From: Vicinamibacterales bacterium
GTDB taxonomy: Bacteria > Acidobacteriota > Vicinamibacteria > Vicinamibacterales > CAVVIG01
DNA: 59,568 bases
Assembly: GCA_035510155.1 (NCBI GenBank)
Contig: DATKHR010000076.1
Location: 1-59,568, forward strand
Reading direction: 5' to 3'
Below, in pieces: positions 26,470 through 34,623 of the stretch. Made by a program: the position numbers and the translations under genes. Under the pieces are notes generated by a model, which was not told the DNA's origin, made no database searches, and was given only the letters and a program-made list of their open reading frames with translations. How positions within the stretch are numbered: position 1 is the stretch's first letter; each line of letters opens with the position of its first letter.

Positions 26470-29400
26470 AATCCTTCCGGCAGACCGTTGAGTAGCCGCA
26501 GGTCTCACACCGGTACACATCGTCGGGCGCGGGTGGAAACTGACCGTGGGCGATGGCGTCAATGGTCTGAGCCAACCGGTCCTGCGCCTCGGCCAGCACT
26601 TTGTCGCGATCCGCGTCGCTTTGAAAGAGCGGCACGACGCGTCTTGGGCCTTTGAACGCCAGATAGGCGGCCTCGCTCATTGACCAGTCGCCGCCTCGAT
26701 TGGCGCGCAGCCACTGCTCCGCGCACAGACTATAGACCGGCAGCTGGAGTGCCTTCTTGCGATCGGGCGGCCACCCCAGCTTGTAATCAACGAGCCGGAA
26801 CGTGCCGTCAGCAAGGAGATCGACCCGATCCGCCTTTCCCCGCAGCGCGATCCTTCTCGGGCCGCCGGACGTCGTAAAGGTGAACTCGCCACGCAGTTCG
26901 TGTTCCAGCAAACGGTCGATGACGGGGATGGGGCGCTCCGCTTCCATGCGCATGACTGCTTCGCCCAGGCCGGCGGCAGCGGGAGAGCCGAGGAGCCGGG
27001 TGCGCTCAAGGCCGGCTTCGGCGCCGGGCAGCTCAGTCAGCTTCCGGTCGACGACGGCGGTGAACATGCGGCGGGCCTCGTCGATGTTGTTGGAGTCGAT
27101 CGCGCCGTATCCCGCGCTCTGCCATGCCGCGAAGAACTCTTCGAACACCTCGTGAAGAAATTGTCCCTGGCGACGCGGATCCATGACCTCTTCGTCATCC
27201 GGTTCTTCGTCGAGCTTCAAGATGTGTTGAGCGAAGAAGCGAAAGGGGCAACCCAGGTAGGTTTCGAGAGCGCTGACCGACCACGGGCGAACATTTCGGT
27301 CGAGTGAGCCGGGTTGGTCGACTGCCGCGGTGAGCACGCCGTGATATTGCGCCGAATCACACGGCGTGCGGGACGCGCGGAGCGAAGCCCACGCCTGGGC
27401 GCGCGGGTCGAGGGGCGCGAAGGATACGGGGTCGAGCGACAACGCCTCGTCCATAAAAACTCTGGAGGCGAGGGTTGCGCCCGCCGCGGGTGCCGCGGTG
27501 GGGACCCCCGCGCCCCGCCGCACCGCTGGTGCCGCGGTGGGGACCCCGGCGTCGAGCAGCAGCGATCGCCACACGAGGGCGTCGTCGTCCAATGTAAACG
27601 TCGAAAGGATCGTTCGCCGCGACGGCGAGGCGACGAGATCCTGAAAATTGGCCTCCGCAGATGCTTGCCGCTCCCTCTCCGACGGCCAGCCCAAGGCCTT
27701 CAACAGCGAAGATGGATAGAAGATGTTTCGCTTCGGACGCTCGGGCCACTCAGGCTCGATCAGGCCGACGACCGTGAGGTCGTCGAAGTCGCCGTAGCGG
27801 GCAGCGTTGTCGTCGAGCAACTGGAGCCCTCGATCGGCGGGGTCGACCTCGACCGTCTGCTCCTCGATCCAGCGGCGTACGGCGAGCGCCAAGTCTTCGA
27901 CCGTCCATGACGGGTCGTCGTGCGTCGCGTGAACGGCCGCGAGCGCGTTCAATGTGTCGCTAATGGCGGCGCGAGCTCGGCGCTCCCGTGATGCAAGCTC
28001 TGTCCGGTCTCCGTCAATCGATCGCAGATGCCGCTCCCAGAATGCGGCCAGGTGACGCACGTGGACCGATGCTCGTGCCTGCTCGGCGAGGGGTGCCAAT
28101 TCCCGTGTGACGCGGATGGCGAGATGCAGCGCGGGAGCCGACCTCGCGTCCTTCCACGTCTCCGCAAATGTCCCAAGGCGAGCGGGATCGCCGAGATACC
28201 GGGCGGCACTTAGCGCGCGATCAAGAGCGGCGACGGCCTCGCGCGAGACGCCTTCACCCTCACCGTTACCCACGCCTCCGATCTCGCTGCTCTCACGGTC
28301 GAGCGTGAAGCGGAAGTGTGGCGACCGCAAAAGCGCGACAGTTGTTGAGCGCGTAAAATTCGCTTCAACTGCCTCCAGAATCAGATCGAGGGCGGCAGAG
28401 GTCGGCTCGGCTGCCAGCGGCAACGTGTCACCGGTCTGAAAGGGAATGCCCGCGGACCCAAACACGTCGCGAGCCAGGTACAGGTACGGCAAGGGGCGCT
28501 TGTACACGACACCGACGCGATCAAGCGCGACGGATGAGCCGTTTCGGCGATCAGACTTCAGCTGGCGGGCGACGGCCACGAGTTCTTCTTCGCGGTCGCG
28601 ATACGTGGACCAAGGTTCGTGCGATTGCCCGGGCGACTGCGTTCCAGAGGCCCCGCCTCCGTTGGGCCCGAGCTGCGTTCCAGAGGCCCCGCCCCCGTTG
28701 GGCCCGAGCGATTTCCACTCGACTTCGTCGATCCCGGGCAGCCAGGTGTGCAGGCGCTGGTGGAAGCCCGACTGCAGCAGCTTTTCAGTCGCGATGACGT
28801 CAAGGAACTCGAGCCCCGGAATGCGCGACAGGAGATCGAAATCAGCGACGAACAGACCTTCAGCGCTGGCAATCCAGTCGGCGAGGGTGACGATGATGTG
28901 GCGCACCGGGTGGGGCGACGGCTCCGCGATGAGCTGTTCGCGCAGGGTGTGCTCGTCGCAGGCCCCCGATTGGTGAACACGACGCTCATACTCACGGAAG
29001 GCATCAGCCAAGAACTGAGTCTGCTGGCGCATACGGCGTGCGCCACGATCTATGTCGAGATCCAGGGGATCCGGCGAGCGATCGCTCGAGCCCAGCGCTG
29101 TCTGGATCAGCTCTTCGAAACGCGTGACGGATTGTGATTGGCGGCGCAGGTGATCGTAAAAGCGAAGCATCTCCGCGATCAGCCCGAGCCTGAGCCTGAT
29201 GCGCCGTTCAATCGGCGCGCAGGCGGACCGAGCGCTTGCCTGGGCGATGACGTCGCGCTCGATGACGGTCAGGCGGCGTGGGGGCTGGCCAAGGCGCGCG
29301 TGGAAGAGGTCGTACAGCTCATCGCGAGTGACTGGAGCCGGGCCGGCGACGTGGGTCAGGTCGGTTGCACGGAGCTGGCGGGCCGGGTCGGGCCCGTGAA

Positions 29401-29611
29401 ACTGGCGCGTCGGGCCGGTCGCCGGGGTCGGACCTGCGATTGACGAGTTGGCGCGGAATTGATGCCAGGAATGCAGTAACTGGCGGCCCGCAGCGCGAGT
29501 AGGAACGACAACAATTGTGGTCGGAGTTGCGAGATTTGCGATCGCGCGGCGGAAGCCGCGCAGATCCGGCACGCGCACAAGCCGCGTCCGGCGTGGGGTG
29601 GTCACGGCCAC
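26453..29611 (-). CDS. AddB-like PD-(D/E)XK nuclease/inactive-helicase subunit with C-terminal Fe-S cysteines
   Basis: YLGCPFRFFAQH...GKADRVDLL...LVDYKLG...CETCGYSTVC (one plus three Cys around the nuclease motif). Start set at GTG 29611, 1 nt after the upstream TGA; GTG 29605 is also possible. Confidence 0.8.
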   Translation of the reverse strand: MAVTTPRRTRLVRVPDLRGFRRAIANLATPTTIVVVPTRAAGRQLLHSWHQFRANSSIAGPTPATGPTRQFHGPDPARQLRATDLTHVAGPAPVTRDELYDLFHARLGQPPRRLTVIERDVIAQASARSACAPIERRIRLRLGLIAEMLRFYDHLRRQSQSVTRFEELIQTALGSSDRSPDPLDLDIDRGARRMRQQTQFLADAFREYERRVHQSGACDEHTLREQLIAEPSPHPVRHIIVTLADWIASAEGLFVADFDLLSRIPGLEFLDVIATEKLLQSGFHQRLHTWLPGIDEVEWKSLGPNGGGASGTQLGPNGGGASGTQSPGQSHEPWSTYRDREEELVAVARQLKSDRRNGSSVALDRVGVVYKRPLPYLYLARDVFGSAGIPFQTGDTLPLAAEPTSAALDLILEAVEANFTRSTTVALLRSPHFRFTLDRESSEIGGVGNGEGEGVSREAVAALDRALSAARYLGDPARLGTFAETWKDARSAPALHLAIRVTRELAPLAEQARASVHVRHLAAFWERHLRSIDGDRTELASRERRARAAISDTLNALAAVHATHDDPSWTVEDLALAVRRWIEEQTVEVDPADRGLQLLDDNAARYGDFDDLTVVGLIEPEWPERPKRNIFYPSSLLKALGWPSERERQASAEANFQDLVASPSRRTILSTFTLDDDALVWRSLLLDAGVPTAAPAVRRGAGVPTAAPAAGATLASRVFMDEALSLDPVSFAPLDPRAQAWASLRASRTPCDSAQYHGVLTAAVDQPGSLDRNVRPWSVSALETYLGCPFRFFAQHILKLDEEPDDEEVMDPRRQGQFLHEVFEEFFAAWQSAGYGAIDSNNIDEARRMFTAVVDRKLTELPGAEAGLERTRLLGSPAAAGLGEAVMRMEAERPIPVIDRLLEHELRGEFTFTTSGGPRRIALRGKADRVDLLADGTFRLVDYKLGWPPDRKKALQLPVYSLCAEQWLRANRGGDWSMSEAAYLAFKGPRRVVPLFQSDADRDKVLAEAQDRLAQTIDAIAHGQFPPAPDDVYRCETCGYSTVCRKDYVGDV
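27489..27546 (-). repeat. Imperfect 39-nt in-frame duplication inside the AddB-like gene
   Basis: The core ggtgccgcggtggggaccc occurs at 27489 and 27528. It encodes AGVPTAAPA twice. Confidence 0.7.
28637..28708 (-). repeat. 36-nt x2 in-frame tandem duplication inside the AddB-like gene
   Basis: The unit ctgcgttccagaggccccgcc(t/c)ccgttgggcccgag occurs twice with one mismatch. It encodes LGPNGGGASGTQ twice. Confidence 0.9.
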
Positions 29612-29612
29612 G

Positions 29613-31007
29613 TCACTGAAGTTGAGGGGGACGCAGCAACGACCGGATATCCTCACGCGCGCGCGCGCCAAGCATCAGGGCGCCGGCGGCGGCGGACGAC
29701 GCGTTCCAGGCGCGGCCCATATCGTTGGCGAGCGTGGCTTCACGCCTCACGATGACCGCGCTCGAGGCAAGCTGCGCGGCGCTCACCATAAGAGCGTGGG
29801 CGGCGGCCAGCTCCTCAGGCGGACCAATTCTCGCCAGCAGCTTCAGAAGCAAGGACACACGCTGCTCCAGTGAGGCGAGCGAAGCCGGCGACGAGCCGGC
29901 AAGCGCTTTGATGTCCTCCAGGGACGGCCTGAGCTGCGCGAAGAGTGCGATCGGCGCGCGAATCGCAGTACTGTAAGCCACGAACGCCGGAAGCCGCAGC
30001 TCCCAGTGATCGCGTGCCAGGCGAAGACGCCGGGTGGCGTCGAGCTTTGCCTCGAGAGTCTTGACGAGCGTGCTGACGGCCTCCGGGCGCTGATAGCCCA
30101 GCTCGGCGTCGTGCTGCCGTACGCCCGCCAGCAGCCGCTCCACTCCGCGAACGTCGGCCAGGGCGGCTCGCCGATCAACTGCCGCAAGCGTGCCGGTTGC
30201 CAGCGCACTATAGGAACGGTCGATCTGGAGCTCCACGTTCAGGGCCGCTTCCACCTCTGCTCTCTTTGTCGCGACAAAAGCGGAGGGGAGCTCGCCCTTG
30301 TCGCGCTCAATGACGCCGAGCGCTGTAGAGAGAAGCGAGGTTCGCTCGACCGAGCTGTCGATGACTCGCGCGGCGTTGAGCACCTGCTCGATCCCCTCGC
30401 GCAAGGTGAGCGGCGGCAGCAGCGGCTCCGTGATGGCCGGTGGATCGACGAACGCCGACAGGCTGAGATCGAACTGGGTTTCGCCGGAAGCCGCTCGGAG
30501 ATCGGCAATCGCCTCATCGAGCATGCCCACCATCTGTCGCACTTCGGCCTGACGATAGTTGTAGTGCCGCTGCGGCCAGTCGGCGAGGAGCGACCGGGCG
30601 CGCTCGACGATGGCGAGGCGGTGGGCGGGACTCGACGTGGTCGCGACGTCGTCGAGCGCCTGGGCGAGCTGCTTGGTCAACGCGGCGTAGTCGAGTTCCG
30701 CTTGCCCTTTCAGGTAATGAGCGGCGCGGGCGGCGTTTGCGTAGCGGTCGGTGCGGTCCCAGTCGACGCGCTCGGCGGGCAGGTTCACGAGGTGGAGCGG
30801 AGGGTTCGGCGTAACCGCGGTCGGCATTGAAAAAACGACGCGGTCACCGACGCGGGCGGGCTCGCCGTAGCTCACGAGCGACGTCCCGTCGCGGAGAAAG
30901 ATCCGCAGCAGCGTCGCGTCCTCTTCGGCAGCGGCCGCCGGCGCCGCCGGCATCGGCAACAGCAGGAGCGCCGATAGCGTGGCAGCCGACCACGTTCGAC
31001 TGTTCAT
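29613..31007 (-). CDS. Secreted protein of unknown function (first gene of the AddB/helicase operon)
   Basis: 464 aa with a signal-peptide-like N-terminus (ATLSALLLLPMPAAPAAAAEE), a small beta-rich region and then a long Ala/Leu/Arg-rich helical region. No family recognised. Confidence 0.7.
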   Translation of the reverse strand: MNSRTWSAATLSALLLLPMPAAPAAAAEEDATLLRIFLRDGTSLVSYGEPARVGDRVVFSMPTAVTPNPPLHLVNLPAERVDWDRTDRYANAARAAHYLKGQAELDYAALTKQLAQALDDVATTSSPAHRLAIVERARSLLADWPQRHYNYRQAEVRQMVGMLDEAIADLRAASGETQFDLSLSAFVDPPAITEPLLPPLTLREGIEQVLNAARVIDSSVERTSLLSTALGVIERDKGELPSAFVATKRAEVEAALNVELQIDRSYSALATGTLAAVDRRAALADVRGVERLLAGVRQHDAELGYQRPEAVSTLVKTLEAKLDATRRLRLARDHWELRLPAFVAYSTAIRAPIALFAQLRPSLEDIKALAGSSPASLASLEQRVSLLLKLLARIGPPEELAAAHALMVSAAQLASSAVIVRREATLANDMGRAWNASSAAAGALMLGARAREDIRSLLRPPQLQ

Positions 31008-31016
31008 GAGGTTTCA

Positions 31017-31045
31017 AGGGTAGTGCGCGGCGCGGAGTCCGTCAA
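31017..31045 (-). promoter_or_regulatory. Sigma-70-like promoter TTGACG-17 nt-TACCCT
   Basis: The minus strand reads CAGTTGACGGACTCCGCGCCGCGCACTACCCTTGAAACCTCATG. The -10 ends 9 nt before ATG 31007. Confidence 0.35.
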
Positions 31046-31046
31046 C

Positions 31047-31088
31047 TGTGGATATCCTGTGGATGGATCGTGTATTTCCTGTGGACGA
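31047..31088 (-). promoter_or_regulatory. Four 11-nt-phased DnaA-box-like 9-mers abutting the -35
   Basis: The plus strand has TGTGGATAT (31047), TGTGGATGG (31058), CGTGTATTT (31069) and TGTGGACGA (31080). On the minus strand these read ATATCCACA, CCATCCACA, AAATACACG and TCGTCCACA, against the consensus TTATCCACA. Confidence 0.4.
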
Positions 31089-31341
31089 ACGGACAGGTGA
31101 AATTTTTTTTGGGGCGGCGCCGCTCCTTGTCTGAACCCCCCTCTGATCTGTGCGCGAGCTTTCGTGCGTCGCTTCGCTTGGATCCCGATCGAACGATGCG
31201 TAAAATCCGTTGCTCGCTTCTCGGAACAGGTTGCTCGGACTCGGAGCTCGCTCGTCGTTGCTCGAGCTCGCTGGCCGGAGCTCACTGCCGGGGGGCTCGT
31301 TGCCTGGTTGTTACTCGATATTCGTCAGATTTCACCGCGCT

Positions 31342-31572
31342 GTGGCCGCAGACGTTCATCGCTATCAAGAGTCCATCGCGGGACACCCGTACCTCATCGA
31401 AGTCATGGCGGTGTCGGAGGATCGCTGGCGCGCGTACATCGTTCGCATTCCCGGCGTCCCCACGGCGCTGATGCCGTTTTACGGTCCCACGCCGACGGAG
31501 GCGGCGCGCCAACTCCGCGACTGGCTGACCCGCGCGCATCAGCAGGCGGCCTCGCCGGCCGGGACAGTGTAG
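31342..31572 (+). CDS. Small protein (about 76 aa) ...HPYLIEVMAVSEDRWRAYIVRIPGVPTALMPFYGPTPTEAARQLRDWLTRAHQQ...
   Basis: This is the 3' part of track ORF 31210..31572, whose upstream part is low-complexity CTCG-repeat translation. GTG 31342 is chosen as the start; ATG 31405 is an alternative. Third positions are G/C-rich. The stop lies 11 nt before the S9 peptidase GTG. Confidence 0.4.
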   Translation: MAADVHRYQESIAGHPYLIEVMAVSEDRWRAYIVRIPGVPTALMPFYGPTPTEAARQLRDWLTRAHQQAASPAGTV

Positions 31573-31583
31573 GATCGGGGGGC

Positions 31584-32621
31584 GTGACCGCCCCTCTGTT
31601 CAAAACCCGCGCGGCGTGGGTGACTCTTGCACTTACCATCGCCGCCACGCCGCTCGTCAGCGGCCAGCTTCAGCCGCCACGCGTACCCGATTTCGACCGC
31701 ATGCTCAAAGAGCAGGCCGCCACCGACGAGGCGTGGCGAGCTGCCAGCGTTGGTTACATGCAGATGGACAAAATCACCTACCGGAGCCAGGTGGGTGACA
31801 TGGATATTCCGGCGTTTGTCTTTCAGCCCTTAAAGCTGCGGGGCGCCAAGGGGCATCCGGCCATCGTGTGGGTCCACGAAAACATCCGCGGCCATCTTTA
31901 CGAACACTACATCCCGTACATCCGCGAAGCCACGGCGAAGGGGTATGTGGTCATCGCGCCTGAGTACCGCGGGAGCATCGGCTATGGGAAGGCGTTTTAC
32001 GACGCGATCGACTACGGTGGGGCCGAGGTGGACGATGTCGTCACGACGGTCGAGGTGCTGAAAACGAAATACCCCCAGGTCGACTCCGCGCGCGTGGGGA
32101 TCATCGGGTGGAGCCACGGCGGGATGATTACGCTCCTGTCGATTCTCCGGAACCAGACGATGTTCAAGGCTGGGGTTGCGATGGTGCCGGTGACAAACCT
32201 GTTTCAGCGTCTGGCGTGGAAGGGGGTTGAGCGGCAACATCAGCTGATTGATCCGGCGAACCGGTACGGCGGTTTGCCGTCCGAGAGGCAGGACGTCTAC
32301 AAAGAGCGCTCGCCGCTGTACAACGTGGACAAGCTGCAGATTCCGCTCTTCGTGGCCGTCACTCGGAACGATGAAGACGTCAACATCGAAGAGGACATGC
32401 AGCTCGTGGATGCGTTGCGTTCGAGGAAGCCGCAACTTGCCGAAACGGTTGTATACGACAACCCGCCAGGGGGGCACACGTTCGATCGTCGCGTCGATTC
32501 CAAGACGTGGCAACCTGAAAACACGCGCGAGCAGCGTGACTCGTGGAATCGTGTCTGGACATTCCTCGATTGGAACCTCGATCCGTTTCACTCAGCAATG
32601 ATGGCTCCCGGGACGAAGTGA
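31584..32621 (+). CDS. S9-family serine peptidase / alpha-beta hydrolase (prolyl oligopeptidase catalytic domain), secreted
   Basis: Nucleophile elbow IIGWSHGGMI, a signal-like N-terminus (AAWVTLALTIAATPLVSG), and GTG 31584 with AGGA 10 nt upstream. The track ORF start at 31164 is shadow. Confidence 0.8.
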   Translation: MTAPLFKTRAAWVTLALTIAATPLVSGQLQPPRVPDFDRMLKEQAATDEAWRAASVGYMQMDKITYRSQVGDMDIPAFVFQPLKLRGAKGHPAIVWVHENIRGHLYEHYIPYIREATAKGYVVIAPEYRGSIGYGKAFYDAIDYGGAEVDDVVTTVEVLKTKYPQVDSARVGIIGWSHGGMITLLSILRNQTMFKAGVAMVPVTNLFQRLAWKGVERQHQLIDPANRYGGLPSERQDVYKERSPLYNVDKLQIPLFVAVTRNDEDVNIEEDMQLVDALRSRKPQLAETVVYDNPPGGHTFDRRVDSKTWQPENTREQRDSWNRVWTFLDWNLDPFHSAMMAPGTK

Positions 32622-32645
32622 AGGGGATTCGGGATTCGGGCTGCG
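32622..32645 (+). repeat. Three-unit heptamer run forming the whole spacer between convergent genes
   Basis: aggg gattcgg gattcgg gctgcg lies exactly between TGA 32619-32621 and the minus-strand stop at 32646-32648. Confidence 0.7.
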
Positions 32646-33290
32646 TCACTCGGTCGGCGCGCGGAACTTACCGGAGCGCTTCACGACCTCGTCGGTAACC
32701 GCACGGGCAGCTTCCTGCAGCGCTTTCCCCATCGGAGTTTTCATCCACGAGCCGTCGCCCACGTCGAACGCCCCGAGGCTCGTTGCCATGTCGGTGCCGA
32801 CGCCGGTTTCTGATCCCTTCCCTTCCACGTCGAACGAATCGACCACTGCGCCGGCTGATGGGCTCACGAGATCCATGTGGAGGGATACGGTTGCAGTGGA
32901 ACGATTCACTCTGCCGCTGACGCCGGTGCCGAACACCGAAGTACTGAGGCCCTTCGAAGACTGCGAGACCGAAGCGTCGACGACGATGCCGACGAGGACG
33001 ATGTCGACGTTCGACTGAGCACCGAGCGACGCTGCCTGCGCCGGCGGGAGCGGCGAGGACGCACCCGAAGGCGGCGTCAACAGCTCCGGGGCGAGCTTAT
33101 GGCTCTTGATCATCTCCACGCGAACGAGCTTCGCCAGGGAGCGGCCCGCAGCGTCAGTCGCGCCGTTCACGCTCACGACATCGAACGGCAGGATACCCGC
33201 TCGCAACGGCGCATCGGCCGCAAAAGCTGACGCGATCAGCGAGAGCGCCAGTGCTGTGCGAAAGAGTGAAGTCATGTCCTTTCTGAACAT
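32646..33290 (-). CDS. CsgG/LpoB-like periplasmic (lipo)protein
   Basis: Signal peptide, then a pattern resembling the CsgG family: AGILPFDVVSVNG...SLAKLVRVEMIKS...DIVLVGIVVD...ATVSLHMDLVSPSAGAVVDSF...ALQEAARAVTDEVVKR. The call is by recollection. Confidence 0.5.
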   Translation of the reverse strand: MFRKDMTSLFRTALALSLIASAFAADAPLRAGILPFDVVSVNGATDAAGRSLAKLVRVEMIKSHKLAPELLTPPSGASSPLPPAQAASLGAQSNVDIVLVGIVVDASVSQSSKGLSTSVFGTGVSGRVNRSTATVSLHMDLVSPSAGAVVDSFDVEGKGSETGVGTDMATSLGAFDVGDGSWMKTPMGKALQEAARAVTDEVVKRSGKFRAPTE

Positions 33291-33374
33291 GTTACACCGG
33301 TGAGCGCTACAATTGAGACCTCCACGAGCTTTTTGGATCGAGACGTCGAGCGCCCCTTCACAGAGGTACTAGTG

Positions 33375-34598
33375 ATGCTACGTGGCTTCACAGTTGGATG
33401 CATCGCGATAGCGAGCGTTGCGGGTGCGCGGCCGTCGATGGCGCAGCCTTTCACGCTCGACGAGAAGATCAAACCGACCGAGATCAAGCTGGAACCGTAC
33501 AAGCCGGGCGGCAAGGCCGATGGCAGGATGTACGGCGCGGTGATCAATCAAACGCAGGAAGGTCAGTACTTCTTCGTCCAAGGCCTCAGCATCTACTCTC
33601 CGACGTATGTCGCCGTCGCTGCCGATCCTCCGACCGCGCGTATTCAAGTCGCTCTTCATAAAGAGACGTGGGGGACGCCGAGTCTCGAGGGCAAGACGGA
33701 CGATACCGGTCGCTGGAACGCGACATTCAAAACCAACGGCGATTTCGGCATCCACGTCACGCCGGATCGCGTTCCTGCCACCTACGCTCTGGTGGTGTGG
33801 GTGGGGAACGAAGTGGAGATGAGCCTCCCGTCGCCCTTCACGAAATCGTCCCACACGACCGGTCGCGACGCGTCCTCCGGCAATCTGGGGATGTTCGCGC
33901 TCGCCGGGCTGTTGATTGTCGCGGTCGCCGCGGCCGGATTCTACAAAGTCAAGGCTGCGCGGATGTGTCTGCTCATCGGGTTGCTTCTGACCGCGCCGCT
34001 GTTTGCCCGGGCCGGCTCGGCGCAAGACTACCCAAAGGCCGTCGCGGCGATGCTCGATCAGCTCAAGTCGTTTCTGGAGCGTCAAGAGAGTGTCGAAAAA
34101 TTCTGGGAATCGTTGAAGGCATTGAGCAATGACGAGGGAGTCCCCGATGACAGCCAGCGAGGCCCTTCGCTGCCGTCCAGTTGTCTGGATGGGACCTGGA
34201 AACCGCCCAGCGGGGACGCTTACAAGAATTGTCAGTGCATGGCCACGGCGGTGGACAAGCTGCGGAAGAACCGCCAGATGCTCGAGAAGTTGCGCATTCT
34301 CGTCGCCAATCAGAAAGCGTTCGTCGGCAAGGCCACGGCACTCGGCAACAGCTTTGCGCAACTGCATACCGTGCTCGGGCTGCAATGGGTTGGCATCAAG
34401 AAGCACGATATCGACGAGCCGTACGCGCAATTCAAGACCATCTCGAATCAGAAGCATCAGCAGCTGATGGCTGCGATCCAGACCGATCTGAAAGACATCA
34501 GCGAGTGCGAAGCGAAACTCGGCGAGCCCGATTGGTACCAGAAGTTCGGGTTCGTGTACTACGAGTTCTTGTATGCCGCCTATAAGCCGTCATTCTGA
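33375..34598 (+). CDS. Orphan membrane protein: signal peptide, beta-rich domain, TM hairpin, Cys-containing helical domain
   Basis: ATG 33375 has GAGG 9 nt upstream. Hydrophobic segments are LGMFALAGLLIVAVAAAGF and MCLLIGLLLTAPLFA. The 3' half is visibly more A/T-rich and K/Q/N-rich than its neighbours. No family recognised. Confidence 0.7.
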   Translation: MLRGFTVGCIAIASVAGARPSMAQPFTLDEKIKPTEIKLEPYKPGGKADGRMYGAVINQTQEGQYFFVQGLSIYSPTYVAVAADPPTARIQVALHKETWGTPSLEGKTDDTGRWNATFKTNGDFGIHVTPDRVPATYALVVWVGNEVEMSLPSPFTKSSHTTGRDASSGNLGMFALAGLLIVAVAAAGFYKVKAARMCLLIGLLLTAPLFARAGSAQDYPKAVAAMLDQLKSFLERQESVEKFWESLKALSNDEGVPDDSQRGPSLPSSCLDGTWKPPSGDAYKNCQCMATAVDKLRKNRQMLEKLRILVANQKAFVGKATALGNSFAQLHTVLGLQWVGIKKHDIDEPYAQFKTISNQKHQQLMAAIQTDLKDISECEAKLGEPDWYQKFGFVYYEFLYAAYKPSF

Positions 34599-34623
34599 GC
34601 GTTGTCCTGGCGGCGGAGTTTCC

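Noticed and set aside
31008-31341. Chromosomal replication origin (oriC), suggested by the DnaA-box-like cluster.
   Set aside because: There are only three or four boxes, and the only A/T stretch is about 13 nt, so there is no plausible DNA-unwinding element. No dnaA, dnaN or other origin-linked gene lies nearby. The boxes overlap a promoter, which fits transcriptional control better.
33300-34598. Splitting the 432-aa ORF into two genes at the internal signal-peptide-like segment.
   Set aside because: No stop codon separates the halves, so the first half would read through. I kept it as one CDS and flagged the architecture instead.
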